Assembly: GCF_026210795.1 (NCBI RefSeq) | Contig: NC_089429.1 | Coordinates: forward strand, 868,001-932,000 | Source of the DNA: Rhizophagus irregularis | Lineage: Eukaryota | Direction of reading: 5' to 3' | DNA length: 64,000 bases | Shown: positions 36,584-49,987 of the stretch, piece by piece | Layout: each line of letters opens with the position of its first letter | How positions within the stretch are numbered: the first letter of the stretch is position 1 | Notes under the pieces: model-generated | Told to the model about the DNA's origin: nothing | The model's database searches: none | Seen by the model: the letters and a program-made list of their open reading frames with translations, nothing else | Program-made: the position numbers and the translations under genes

Positions 36584-38745
36584 CTTGTTACACAATTTAA
36601 TAAACTTGTACTGAATGTTGTATCTTAAAAATATAAGACGTATTACAATACAATTGAATGTAAATATAATGAAAATCTCTAGAGTACTAACAAGAGTTGA
36701 AGAACAGACTAGTTCCTGTAACATATATGATAATATGTGGTTATTTATGAAACATAAATATCAACTAACAATCGCCTTGAAATGTCTGCTAACTCCTGTA
36801 CTAGATTTAATAGTAATTGAAGCCATTTTAGATAAATAAACAAAAAGTAAGATTTCTTCTTTTTTATTGCGCATTCCACTATAAAATTTGAGAATATAAT
36901 AGTGTTATAGTTATAACTAAAAGCGGTAAAATAAGCTACTACTGTATTATATTATATTAAATATTTATCTTAAATTGGCCAGTACGTATAATTTAATATA
37001 ATTCCCATTATATAAAAAATAAAGGTCAAAAAAAGAATTTCAAATAAAGCATTTCATCAAATATTTCCGATATTAACTTTAACGCTTTATAACGTAATAT
37101 TCCTTCTGTCTTTACATAAATACATAATCCTAAAAGATTTTTAAGTGACGAAAAAAGACATCCGTTTCTATTTTAATAAACCTCAATGAATGATGTAAAT
37201 AAAACATTTAAGTTAATTTTTTAAGTTAATTTTTTTTAAAGTAATTTACCCATGTTTTCATTTTATGATATTTGATACGAAAACAAAATATTTTTTGTCG
37301 AAATTACAATTTTGGTTGTTAATTCTTGAGTATTACAAATTATTTATATAAAAAATGTAATGTGATTTGTCATCACAAAGTTTAATTTATTAAAATTTAG
37401 TACTTGTAAAATTAAGCTTATTAAATGTAAGAAATTTTACTTTTAACATGTGAATCACTTGATTTTTACCCGGGAATTGTAATGTGATATTTATTTGAAT
37501 AAATATTTTTTCATCAAAATTTAAACCTAATGACTTAACATGTAATTAGTCTGACTGATAGTTGTATTTACAGCTTATTCAAATTATTATAATTTGTTTT
37601 TTTACTTCCCATAGCTTATGACTTTATTGACGCAAATGTGCTTATCATTTAATGATTTAATTTCAAACTTAAATTGAATAAGAGATGATGCTCAGAAGGT
37701 GTGAGAGTACCCAAATAATATTTTTTTATCAATGTCGACGCTTTATAATATATAATTATATTTACTGTGCATGATAATTTCAGCACTTTAAATAACCAAG
37801 GGAGTTTTCACTAATTAAGTGGTTTTAAATTTTTAATGTATTTAGAAACATTCAGAATTTGAATTGTACTAATAAATTAGTTCCGTCAACGAAAATTTCC
37901 TTATTTTTTTTGTGATGATATTTAATATTCATTGTAAAATGCTTTATTTTATAAAAAATTATTACATATAAATCTGTAAAATTATTTTCAACGTAATAAT
38001 GTCATCATCAATAAATTTCAATGGTTGGTAAAATCAAATGTACTATATTAATTCATTATAAATCTATATAAGAAATTCCTGTATTTTATAAGTAAAATCG
38101 TTATAACAGCTATTTTTTCATTGAAAATTATTTATCTGTTATTGATAAAAAACGAATAAAAAAATCGTAATGTTAACTTTTAAATAAAATTTGATTATTA
38201 CAATAATATTTCATGAGACTTTTATTCAATAACAACTTCAATAAATAATTTCAAAATATTGTAGTTTATTATGTTATATATTGTATGAAGGTTTGATAAA
38301 AAAAAAAAGAAAGAATTTTTAATTCTTTTATTTTAAAACATGTTTCACAGTTAAGTAAAATTTTACATTAATTTCTCAAATATTAAATACTCAAATTTTT
38401 TTTATTTTTTTTTTGCATTATCCATATTAGGCTATAACAGCTATTAATTCCTTCATAATTTCTATAAATTGTACGAAAATAAAAATCCGGTCTGTCAGAT
38501 GATGATCTTAGTTCCGAAACAATATTTTATTTTGTACGAGGCTTATATTATACAATTACTAAATTAATAATGGAGTTTGCCTGTTTACCTAAAAAGGATA
38601 TTTTTTATTTGTAGCATTTCATTATATGTGTAATAGTTAATGTGGTATCACAACTGTCACATAATAAAAGGTCAATCAGCGGGTTTAACGGTTACACCAT
38701 TTTTTTCGATTTCTAACAAATTGTTAAACACACTTTATAATAATT

Positions 38746-41132
38746 ATGTCCACTATTCGAATAGAAATAGTTCAAGCTGCACTTATGAGAGCATTTACAT
38801 TAATTGATTATAATATTCACAAAGGTTTTCATAAACATTATGAATTTATGCAACAAACAATTCTTGCTGATAATTCTCTTACAGAAGAAGAAAAAACTGA
38901 AGCAATAAGATTAAATAATAAAAATTATGATCGAGATAAAATTCGTTTGAATTCAGGAACAAGAAGAATTTGTGAAAATTGTAATCAAAAATGTTTAGCT
39001 ACACTATATTGTGAATATTGTGTTCAAAGTTATTTAAAAGTTAATTTTTCAAATTGGACTTCTGGAAATAATGATATTGATAATTTAATAAAAAATTGTC
39101 AAATGGAAACACTTATACCAAATAAAATAATTGAATGGATCCCATATAATAATTTACAAAATATTGAATATCTAACAAGAGGTGGTTTCTCTAAAATTTA
39201 TACAGCAGATTGGATTGATGGAAGATATAAAGAATGGGATTCTAATGAACGAAAATTAATAAGATATGGATCTCATGAAGTAATACTTAAACAATTAGAA
39301 AATGTTGAAAGTGCAAGTCAAAGTTGGTTTGAAGAGGTTTGTAATCTAAAAAAATTTAAGATATTTTCTTTATTTATAAGAAACTAAAATTCAAAATCAT
39401 CTTTTATATATAGGCTAAATCACATTTAACAATAAGTAACAAATATGCTGAGATTGTTCAATGTTTTGGTTTAACACAAGATCCATCAAATGGAAATTAT
39501 ATGCTTGTTATGAGGAAATGTGATGTAAATTTAAGAGAATATTTACAACAAAATCATGATCAATTTATATGGAAAGAAAAAATTAGAATTACTTTTTTAA
39601 TAATTAATGCATTTTATTGGATTCATGAAGAGAATTCAATTCATAGAGATTTGCATTCTGGAAATGTATTATATTCACAGTTAAATAATTCTTGGCATAT
39701 TAGTGATCTTGGATTTTGTGGTCCTGCAAATAAATCATCAACATGCATATATGGAAATCTTCCTTATATTGCTCCTGAAGTTATTAATGGAAAAGAATAT
39801 ACTTTTAAATCTGATGTTTATAGTATTGCAATGCTTATGTGGGAAATTTCATCTGGACAGCTACCATTTATAAATTATGAACATGATTGTAATCTTGCAA
39901 TTAATATTATTAATGGTATGAGACCAAAAATTATATCAGAAATTCCTTCAGAATATAAAAGTTTAATGGAACAATGTTGGGATGCTGATCCATTAAAAAG
40001 ACCTGATATTAATACACTTAGATTTAAGATGAATGAAATTATGTCATATTATCAAAATAAACCAAATGAATTACCTCAACTAAAAGTAAAAATGGATAAT
40101 GTAACAAATAATAATATTAGTAGTAAACTATTTACAAGTAAAATTCATAAATTTGAAAATTTGCCAGAACCAAAAAATGCAACGAAAGGTATGGCTATTT
40201 AATTATTATTGACTATTTATTCTTTTATTTAATATAATATTTATTTTAATTAATTTATAATAGAAGAACAAGAAGGTAACGTAAAGTATAATTCTTTAGT
40301 ATAAAGTTTTAATTAATAATAAATTGAAATAATCTTTTTTTTAAATAGCATTTTATACTAGTAGTAAAAAATATGATTTTAGTAGTATTTCTGATAATTG
40401 TAAGTATATATTTTTAAAATAACATTGGATTTTAACTCTTAATGATGAAGATATCGCCAAAGATTTTCCAACTTTAAACAACAAATCACTCAAAAAAATG
40501 GTAAATAAACAAATAAATATAATGAACATAATAAAATAACAAATGATTTATTTTTATTATAGCTAGTATTTTTAGTACAATAAGTAATCAGTATACGTCA
40601 ATTAATTTTAAGAATCGTAACGAAGGTAATTTATTTTTATATTAAACTTTTATAATAAATAAATACTAATTTGTATTTTAATTTTATATAATGATAAAGG
40701 ATCCAGATTATTTAAAAAATTGAAAATGGAGAATGGTAAGTAAAAATATTTATTAATTTTTCCATTCTAATTTTTTTTGTACAATAACACTATTAAGTTG
40801 AAGAAAAGATAAATAATTGTTAAATTTGATTTATTTAATAATAGTAGATGTTCAAAATGACTATGATGAGAGAGAAATAATGCAACAACAATCAAATATT
40901 GATATTAATGGTAGGAATATAATTATTTATGTATATAATAGTTAATTAATTCTATTACTCTAATTTATCTTATTTTTATAGATGAAGTACAAAATAATCC
41001 AAAACTTCATTCAGAGGAACAATATGAATTTGAAATTCCTGATGGTTCGTCTATTCTTTCTATTCTTTAATATAAAATAATAAAATTTTTTTATTTATTA
41101 ATTAATTTTTTTTTTTTATAGATGGATTTTAA
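38746..41132 (+). CDS. TKL-like protein kinase with a Cys-rich N-terminus and several small 3' exons
   Basis: Exon 38746-39336 (CENC..CLATLYCEYC, WTSGNNDID, IEWIPY, GGFSKIY). Exon from 39414 (HRDLHSGN, SDLG, GNLPYIAPE, SDVYS, CWDADP..RP). Micro-exons end NNPKLHSEEQYEFEIPD|DGF*; 3' exon boundaries are approximate. Confidence 0.85.
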
Positions 41133-41839
41133 ACTATTTCTTATAAATTTTATTGATAGGAATATCAGTCAATTATTGAATTATTTAAACACTAAAGATT
41201 ATAGTTTTAGGTAATTTCTTAGTTTGTAATTTAAATAATTCTTTTTTTTTTTGTATATGTATTAACTTATTCATTTATTAAATAAAAATACTTACAAATT
41301 TATTATATATTATATACTACAAATATTATGTGAACGTCGTATGATTTGTAAAATATATTAATTTAAGTATTAATATGCTATTTATTTAATAAGTATTTTA
41401 ATTACAAATAATATACAGTAAATTACTCATTCATTTCTAAAACATTTTCGCATCTTTTATATAATTCACTTTCTGTTTGTGCATTATAATTCAAACATCT
41501 AAAACATGTAAATAAAGAAGCCCTTTTAATTATAATCTTATAAATCCATCAACTTCATTAGTATATATCGAAGTATTATTTGAACAATTCTCAATCATTT
41601 CCGAAGACGAAGATATTGTTGCGTCTGAAGTTATAAAAATAGATTGCTAGTCCACATCAGAGAACATATTCTTAGTTTATTATTCCTCCATTTCAAGATT
41701 ATTTAGTCAAAACAAAAGGAGACCTAAAGAAAAGAGATATCGGGTGAAAGAAATATTCTTCAACCTTACAAAGTTTCAGACTGCCAGCAAAGGGAATTTA
41801 TGATGAATATATTTTTCCATAAAGTAGTAATAAATTTTG

Positions 41840-42420
41840 AACCCTAAAAGAAAACCCAATAAAGAGAAGACCTAGACAGAGAAGATAAACCTAAAAAAAA
41901 GATGAAAAAAATATAAGATGAAACATTACCCACACTCCCAACCAACATACCTAAAGGAGGACGTAAAGAAAAAGGCCTAAAAGAAGACCTAATGAAGAGA
42001 AGACCTAAATATAGAGAAGATAGACCTAAAAAAAAAGATGACGAAAAAAAATAAAATGAAACACCACACTCCCAAACCCACACTCCCACACTCCCAACAC
42101 TCCCACACTCCCAACACTCCCAACACTCCCAACACTCCCAACCCGCACTCCCACACTCCACTACCAACACTCCCAACCCGCACTCCCAGACAGAGAGAGG
42201 ATAGACCTAAAAAAAAAAGATGACGAAAAAAAAATAAAACACCACACTCCCAAACCCACACTCCCACACTCCCACACTCCCAACCCGCCCACACTCCCAC
42301 ACCCCACCCACACTCCCAACCTACATACCCAAAGGAGGACGTAAAGAAAAAGGCCTGAAAGAAAACCTAATGAAGAGAAGTCCTAGACAGAGAGAAGATA
42401 GACCCGACGAATAAAAAAGA
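41840..42420 (-). repeat. Compound repeat: duplicated AGAGAAGATAGACCTAAAAAAAAGATG blocks interleaved with (CTCCCACA/CTCCCAACA)n microsatellite
   Basis: Directly visible. The minus strand is G-tract rich and carries GTATGT donor-like and TTTTAG acceptor-like signals. Confidence 0.8.
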
Positions 42421-42787
42421 GGTGGTATTGAGGGTATATAAATACTTTTTTCAAATACATAGTGACTAATAATGAGATAATATCTTTCCGTTTCTTCCGA
42501 CTGTTTTTTACAATCACAAAACTTGCTTTTCTATAAAATATTGGAAGAATGAAAAAAAAAAGTGTCAAAATGACGTTAGAGTTGTCAAAATGACTAATAA
42601 TTGAATCATAGAAAAAATCATATGTTCATGATCAATAAAAATAGACTTTTCGTACTACTCATATTGGTGGCACATCAAGTATTTTCCTATAGTATCTTTG
42701 TAATCTTGCGCAATACAATTGTTTAACAATAAGGGGCTGACTGAACTAGGAAAGAATAGCAGATAATCGCATTATTAATTATTATTT

Positions 42788-45443
42788 ATTTATTTTATGT
42801 GAAGACGGACAGACTATTAACAGGACATAAACGTAACTGTGCTATCCTACTTCTAGCTATCATCCCCCCGAAGATGGACCCGAACTTCTTTAAATCCAAT
42901 GAGCCAGAATGATCCCCTCCCCTACCAGAAAGAAACCAATGAACCGAAAGAAAGAAAATGATAAAGGACACTGACTAAATATTAAGAAGTTGTGGCAATC
43001 TACACATTATAAATAGCAAAATTCAATTAATTGACGAGCATTAATCCGTATTTTTCTTTCAACCACAAGGGTTGCCACCTGTAAATACTGTAAGAGGTGG
43101 AATGGTTTACACTATTTTAAGTTGTGAAAAATCTAACGTAAAAAAAAGGACTAAAATGCTAAAAAGCATGTACAAAAAGAAACTAATATATGTATAAGTG
43201 GTTATGTTAAAATGACTAACGAGTACTTAAGTAGTACGAGTAGAGGAACTGTTTTCTAAATCCTTTGAAGCGGATAATATACAAACTTTTTTATCTATAT
43301 GATAGCCATAGTGAGTATCTAAATTGCCATTATCTCTGGCCTTTCATTTAAGCGGTCGATCGTCCATGATAGCACAAGGCTGATATGCCAGACTATAATC
43401 TTTCTTATAGTATTCCATGTAAAAGATATCTTCCTCATTGCTAACCCGAGAACGTAAGTCTGCTAAGATTTCAGTATCTTCCTGTTTTTTCCGATCAAAT
43501 TCTTTTAGTTTTTGTAAGTGACATTTTTCGCGTTTTTTGCGTTCGCTGTTATTAATCGGTCCAGTTACAATTGGTAATTCAGGAGGTACTGACGATGAAA
43601 TCTCTAATAATTTCATTTCATATTCATGTTTGTGGTTTGTGACTTGCATTACAAGACTGCAAAGATTACTCCGATATTCGCCTTGATCAGGGGTGGTTTC
43701 CCATTGTATTCCAGCGTCGATTTTTCCTTGTAGATATTTGGTCCTTGATACGTGTTCATCATAAATTACTTTCATGAAGGCTAACCAGCCATCACTGCCG
43801 ACTGCAAGCGGTTGTAAATTCTTTTTCCAGATTTTACCACGAGAAGGTTGATTAAATCGGCCTCCTTCGTAAATATCATATGGAGGAATTAAAGGAATGT
43901 AATGTTCAGGTACATTCTCCCAAATGTTTGTATTGACTGGGGATATAGAATTAGCCGTCGGTGTAGGTGCGACAGAGCTATCGTTGCAAATCGGTTCCAC
44001 TATAGCAGGTACAGATACTGTCCTTGGTTTATGAAAAGGGATTGGAAAGGTATAATAACCTTTTGTCGGTATGACAAATCTTTTCTTGTATCGAAGATGT
44101 TTAATGGGAGTGATAAAACTTTGATTTTCTTGGAATAATAATTTGTGATGTCGTGCAACGTGGAGTTTATCATCCGGTAGCGCATTGTCATCCAACTTGG
44201 CGTTATGAAAAGTGTGTCTAATCAGACCATTAAAACGTGCTTCTTGTCTTTTCTTTACCTTTGGACAAGAACTGGGAGTGAATTGAAAATTCCCATAAGT
44301 TTTGCCATAAATAAAATCAAGTCCTTTTGTAGCAACGACGTTAGTATTATATGCGTGGTATGATGTGGTGAAAGAGATTCCCAATCGGGTCGAAAAATTC
44401 TGATGAAATTTCTTTTTAGTCCATCTGTTGTAGAGGCGAGATGCGTGGAAATCTTTGAATGTTTTGCAACGACTAAAGTCAGGAATTTTGTTATCCTTCG
44501 AAATATAGTATAGAACTAGATTCTTATGGTGGATGATACAGGCATGACGATCATGTGACATTGTAAAAGGGACCGGGATAGAGCAAGTCGCAGTAGTATT
44601 GGGAAGTAAACCTACTGTGTGAGTGTGATTGCATGGGAGGTAAATTCCAAAATAAAATCTATATTTTTTATACGAAAAATTAAAAAAAGTTTTAGTCATA
44701 TGATTATTTTTGTCTTTTTTTTGGGCACATGATCTTATAAAATCCAAACGCTCCAATAGTTTTTTACGAATAAGTGTAAAAAATTTGTCTTGCAATTTTC
44801 GAGGAATAACTTTTTGTGTTGAAAAAAAGTGCGTGAGCTGTTTCGATATTTGAAATTTGAAATTAGGGAGTCGGCTCGTGGATTCATGATTAATCGGGTT
44901 AGAGGACATATGATAATCATTTGTGTAAATCTTCAATTGAAGTTGATTGGTGTCTGGTAAATGATCAACCAGCTCAAAAAAGAAACTTTTTGAGCGCCTA
45001 AAATTGTAAATCTTGTTATAACCGGCTCTATGGTGTGGAGTCACGTGGAACTTTTCGTATTTTGTAGAAAAAATATAAGTTTTGTTAGGCGAAGAGAAAG
45101 GCCTAATATCATCAAAGTCGTTATGAAATGAAGGTGTATCCGATAAAATGTTATCAATAGGAGGTACTGTTTGTAAAGTATCATGGTTGAAAATGAAATC
45201 ATTAGGACCAGCAGGTGTATAGTCGTATCCGGGTGCAAGAGCAAAATCGTCGGCTCTTGGAAAATAAGACATAACCAACCCTTAAATATGGGTATAATGA
45301 GAACAGTAAAACCTCGTCTTATGCCCGAGGTGCCCTGTAGGGCCTCTTCCCTTTAGTTGTTTCAAATAGAAACTAAAAAAAAGAAACTTGCACAAAATTA
45401 CTGCGGAAAATTACCGAAATGAAGGAAAAGGGGAAAGAGTTTT
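42788..45443 (-). mobile_element. Full-length retroposed, RT-less protein-coding element, copy B
   Basis: 21-bp direct repeat TCGCATTATTAATTATTATTT at 42767-42787 and 45444-45464. 3' end ...CTTCACATAAAATAAATAAAT; 5' end AAAACTCTTTCCCCTTTT. Homologous to 2134-4737. Confidence 0.87.
43344..45272 (-). CDS. ~642-aa basic protein of unknown function (copy B); stop at 43344-43346 is probably premature, with the frame continuing to 43227
   Basis: ATG at 45272 follows the conserved CCC-N8-GGG hairpin, as in copy A. Read-through gives RPLK*KARDNGNLDTHYGYHIDKKVC, which aligns with RPKKHRARHNHYNYYGDLTPLTKKIC of copy A. Confidence 0.82.
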   Translation of the reverse strand: MSYFPRADDFALAPGYDYTPAGPNDFIFNHDTLQTVPPIDNILSDTPSFHNDFDDIRPFSSPNKTYIFSTKYEKFHVTPHHRAGYNKIYNFRRSKSFFFELVDHLPDTNQLQLKIYTNDYHMSSNPINHESTSRLPNFKFQISKQLTHFFSTQKVIPRKLQDKFFTLIRKKLLERLDFIRSCAQKKDKNNHMTKTFFNFSYKKYRFYFGIYLPCNHTHTVGLLPNTTATCSIPVPFTMSHDRHACIIHHKNLVLYYISKDNKIPDFSRCKTFKDFHASRLYNRWTKKKFHQNFSTRLGISFTTSYHAYNTNVVATKGLDFIYGKTYGNFQFTPSSCPKVKKRQEARFNGLIRHTFHNAKLDDNALPDDKLHVARHHKLLFQENQSFITPIKHLRYKKRFVIPTKGYYTFPIPFHKPRTVSVPAIVEPICNDSSVAPTPTANSISPVNTNIWENVPEHYIPLIPPYDIYEGGRFNQPSRGKIWKKNLQPLAVGSDGWLAFMKVIYDEHVSRTKYLQGKIDAGIQWETTPDQGEYRSNLCSLVMQVTNHKHEYEMKLLEISSSVPPELPIVTGPINNSERKKREKCHLQKLKEFDRKKQEDTEILADLRSRVSNEEDIFYMEYYKKDYSLAYQPCAIMDDRPLK

Positions 45444-45691
45444 TCGCATTATTAATTATTATTTTTATTTATCTGTAAGGCGTCAACCACTTTATACAAA
45501 TCACGTGATATAATCTTATATTTACTAAGGAGTGGATAAATTATAATCCCGTCTCGCGACTCTCGCGTCCCATTCAAAATTACGAATCATAATCCCAAAA
45601 AATTCAAAATCTCACACTCATTATCCCAAAACTTATTATCTTTTTTTTTTAAAAAAAAAATTTTACATTATTATTTTTCTTTTAGATGTAA

Positions 45692-46879
45692 CTAGGCGCG
45701 TTGCGCCGGGGATGATACTATTGATACTTGCCCATCAAGTAAGAGAGTAATAATAACACACATATTGTAGTATGGATAGGTCTAGTTTTTAACTATTATT
45801 ATGATGGTATTAGTAGGAAATAAATGTAAATAATTACACAATTTATATGATTATGCAAATAATAATGAATTATGTGCAAGTGTTATACAGTATATGAAAT
45901 ATTATTATTAAATGTTGCAGTACTGTGAAATTTATGAATTCATAACAAAAACAATTTTGTATAAGTAGTTTATTGTTACATTGTTACAAAAAAATTTTTT
46001 TTTTAAAAATATATCTCACTAATTAATATGAAAAAAAAAATTCCCAGAAAATTAATTATAACGATCTATTGTTACAAAAAAGTAATAAATAAGTAATTAT
46101 ATAATTTATGTTAGTCTATTATTGAGCTTAATACAAAAAAATATTATTATTATTAATAATAAGAATCGGGAAAAAGGCAATTGCCGTGGCGCCACAACAT
46201 CGATCTGATCATTGATCCAAACCTAAATGGTGAACGAATGTATTTGGGAAAAAAAATTTGGTTCGAAAGAAGAAAAGCCAAACCAAAAAAGGAAAAGGGA
46301 AAAAATTATCAGATTGGAAAAAAAGTCAACCGGAGAAATCAAAAAAATTTGAAAAAATGAAATGAAAAAAAAAATTTGTGGGGAAGAACAAAGAGAAAAA
46401 TCGGGATGAAAAAAAAACCGAAAAGGATAAAGAAAAAAAAATTTTGGGGAAAAGAAAAAGGATAAAGAAAGAAATTGGTTTAAAAAAAAAATTTACTGAA
46501 AAAAATTCTTGAAAAAAAAGGACAATAATTTTGTCCAAAAAGACCGAAAAAAAATAAAAAAATCGGTTAAAAGAAAACAATAGAAGAATAATTTTTCAGT
46601 TTGGGAAAAAAAAATCAAACCTAAATGGGAAAAGAATGAGAAAAAACAAATTTTTCGGAAAACTAAATCGAAAGAAGAAAAGGAAAAAAAATGGACAAAC
46701 TGAAATTGGATTAGATGATTGGAAATGCCATAAGGATCGAATAGTTTTTAACCATAAATAGATTAGGCGGAAGCATGTCACGATTGTCACAGGTATTTAA
46801 TTATATGGCCAAGTTACAATTCAAATTATTTATGCGGAGACTAATCCAAACGTCAGACAATTTTTTTTAGTTATATAGA
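45692..46879 (-). mobile_element. Non-autonomous Helitron
   Basis: Minus strand begins A|TCTATATAACTAA and ends with hairpin GGCGC-AAC-GCGCC overlapping CTAG|T. Inserted between A and T with no TSD. Confidence 0.8.
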
Positions 46880-48899
46880 TGTTATAACAATTAATATTTT
46901 TATTGGTATCAGGTATGTAATAAATTTGTATGTTTCGCAAGAATTAACGTTTTTTTATTTGTAAAAATTTAAATTTTTATATTAATAATACTTTTACAAA
47001 TTTTAATAAATTATTATTAAGTGTCATTAGTTAATTAATTAAAAAAAAATAATAATAAATTTCGGTTTTTTTTGCTTTATAATAAATAAAAAATGTAATT
47101 TTTTATATAATGATATAATTTTTTTATTATTAATATGCTGATTAAAATTTAATAATTAATTTTTTTAAAATTTTTGTATTCATGAGGTCGGGAAATGTCG
47201 TGACTCGTGACTTTGAATTTTTGTGAAACGTCAGGTTTTGGGATTCTGATCGTCGGGATTTCGTAGTAAATCATGGTACGATGTGATTTTGATCTTTCAC
47301 AAACTTTTCCAGCGTAATCATGAAAATTGGCCAGAATTATAACATTTTACTGGCATTAAGAAATTAATTATATGACAAATTATCGGCATTATAGAAAGTT
47401 GGTCATACTGTATGTCGGAATAAAAACTAGAAAAATGATCATTTATCGGAGTTTTATCCAAAAAATTTTTTATGGGTGTGTGATTCACACACCGTCCCCA
47501 GAATATACAGTATAATAAAAATAACAAAAAGTGTAGAATGTGGTGCAGCGTGATGAATAATATGAATAGCGTGATTTTATTAACGTGATTTTACTACTCA
47601 GTAATATTAAATTTATTTTAGTTTAAATTCTGGCGGGTATGATCTTATGTAGATAGTTTCGTAACATACCTGCTGTAAATCTAAAATTGTTTTGGCCAGA
47701 TGATTTGACAAAATAAAATAAATTAAATCCTGTCAACATAATTGACTGAAATAATCAATTTTTTTTAAAGAATAAGGCATTATGGCCTGCAAATAATTGC
47801 ACCGTAAAATTTTTAAGTGTACCTGATAAAAAAATACATAACAGCGCACTAAAATAACAAAACTATACCGTAACTAAATACAGAATAACCCGAAATGAAG
47901 TTTCTGTTTGAAATTCTATTATAGTATTTTTTTCCAATGATAACCTAATAATAACCGTATTTTAAATTACATACAACTTCAACCGTAGTGTATCGTAGAA
48001 TCACTATTACGACATTAACTTTTTACCATTTTGCATAGTATTTATAGTATTTCCAAAAGGTGGCAGTAGTACAACCCAAGCATCACTTCGAATAATTATT
48101 AAACGATTCCTTTAGAATATATTTATTATTATTATATTATATTCGTTGAATATAACAAGCTTTGTCTACAAATACTAATATATCTAAATCGGAAATCGGA
48201 ACCTTAAATTGTGATTTTGATCAGCTAACAATTTCCTATTATAATTATACGCGACGCGTAACAGTTGTAGACTCATGATCATACGATCAATATAATTATG
48301 AGTCATTTTTTATGGAAAAATTTTTATACTCCATAAATTTATAAAGTATAAAAACTATAAAAACCTTCTGCTTTTTGCTCTTTTCTCTCTCACCTTTTTC
48401 CACTCTTGTTGTCTAGGACCACGGCTCTCCGGACGCCTCTTGGACAGAATTTTGATATAGTATATATATATATAAGGTAAACTTACGAAATTCTGATTTT
48501 TTTTCTTGTTTTTTTTTTATTTAGCGAAACGTTTACTAACGTTTCGTCTTTCTCTTTTGTAAGTTCTGGGCGTTTCATTTTGTCATCTCTTCCCCTTCCT
48601 CTAGTCCATAGTCGATTTTCATAACTTTCCTTTTCATCGTCTGTCTAAGGAAATATTTAAGTAGACTTCTAGGTATTTTGTTGGGACCATATTAACTTTT
48701 TTTTTTTTGCAACGCATTTCTTTTAACATATATAATATTTAGAACTACTTAGAGATGCCAACCAAATAAATAAACCTCGTTCTCTCACAATAACTATAAC
48801 AAAAATTGAACCTAACGCGAAGAAATCCAAAAAAAAAATTAAAATTAGCTCACAACCAACTCTAGCCTATGAAAAAACCGTATCCGGAGAAAGTGTGTG

Positions 48900-49979
48900 A
48901 TCAAACCAGACAAATTACCAAATGGTCTACTCGCCCAGTTTTATTTCTCCTCTTTCCCCACGGCCTTCCCTACAAAAAGTAAATTAATAAGTTTGTGAAT
49001 TCTAAACTAATCAAGAACCCCCTATGTTAAACACTAAGCTAAAAGCAGTTCGACGCAATGGCACGGTTGGCTTGGAAGGGGTCGTTAGTCCAAAATCCAG
49101 TCACTCATTTGACCTAGTCATCGCCGTACCCGCATAAAATTTGTTATCAGAAACTTTTTTACGTGAAATCACGTGACTTTGATTGTGAGATGCGACCCAT
49201 TTATTGCGTCTCTCATCACATTAATTCTAGCCACTGCCACTAGCGCCTCCGGACTGTATGGGCTCTCTGTCTTAGGTTTCTTTTCTCCTACCTCTCTCTC
49301 ATCGGTCATACGATTCTTGTCTTTGAGTCATTTTATGAAATCGCAACGTGGTGTATTCTTGCGAAATTTCTCCGCTTTTATGACCCATCCTCAAGAAGTT
49401 GTTATGTTTCATAGCCCAGTCTTTCATCTGATCCAGGCTTCCTAGACCTTGTTCTTTGCTCAACATGTACGAAGACTCTGTCCTAATTTGTTGCCATTCC
49501 ATATCATTGGAAGTTATTGTAAAGATCTCTTCCAGTTCCGTCAGCTTTGCTTTACCTCTGCTATACCTTTGGATTTCTCACTGGGCGTTTGGTATCGATC
49601 TTTTTGGCTGCACGATAATCCATTATGACCTCTACAACTTCTTCTGGCACAATATTATCTTGTTTTAGAGGCTTTAACTACTCCCAGTTCTGCATCAACT
49701 GAATCTGAATCCAAGTCCGAATCCTCTTCTAATCTCCAATTGATAATCATATCTACTATCACAAAGGTGTAGTTTTTTTGTATTTCTTGACCGGCATATT
49801 TGCTAACTCCATGTACATTCTATCGGAAGGTGTCAGTGGCATAGAAATGTTTGCCGATTGGTCAGCTGGTGTTTGCGTATAAGCCATTTTCGTCTTCTCC
49901 CTCTCTACTTTCTTCGAAGCCCTACCGTTTTTGTATATCAGAACTTCCGCACCTTCTATATTAAATCCGCACTACCTTC
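48900..49979 (-). pseudogene. Degenerate GC-richer coding-like remnant (possibly retroelement-derived), interrupted by the P-like transposon
   Basis: Composition shift and broken reading frames; similar sequence continues for a short distance after 54648. No diagnostic motif recognised. Confidence 0.25.
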
Positions 49980-49987
49980 TACTCACT

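Noticed and set aside
41844..42300. Short W/E/C/G/V-rich and H/T/P-rich ORFs; interstitial telomere
   Set aside because: The ORFs are translations of the CTCCCACA microsatellite, and the unit is not TTAGGG.
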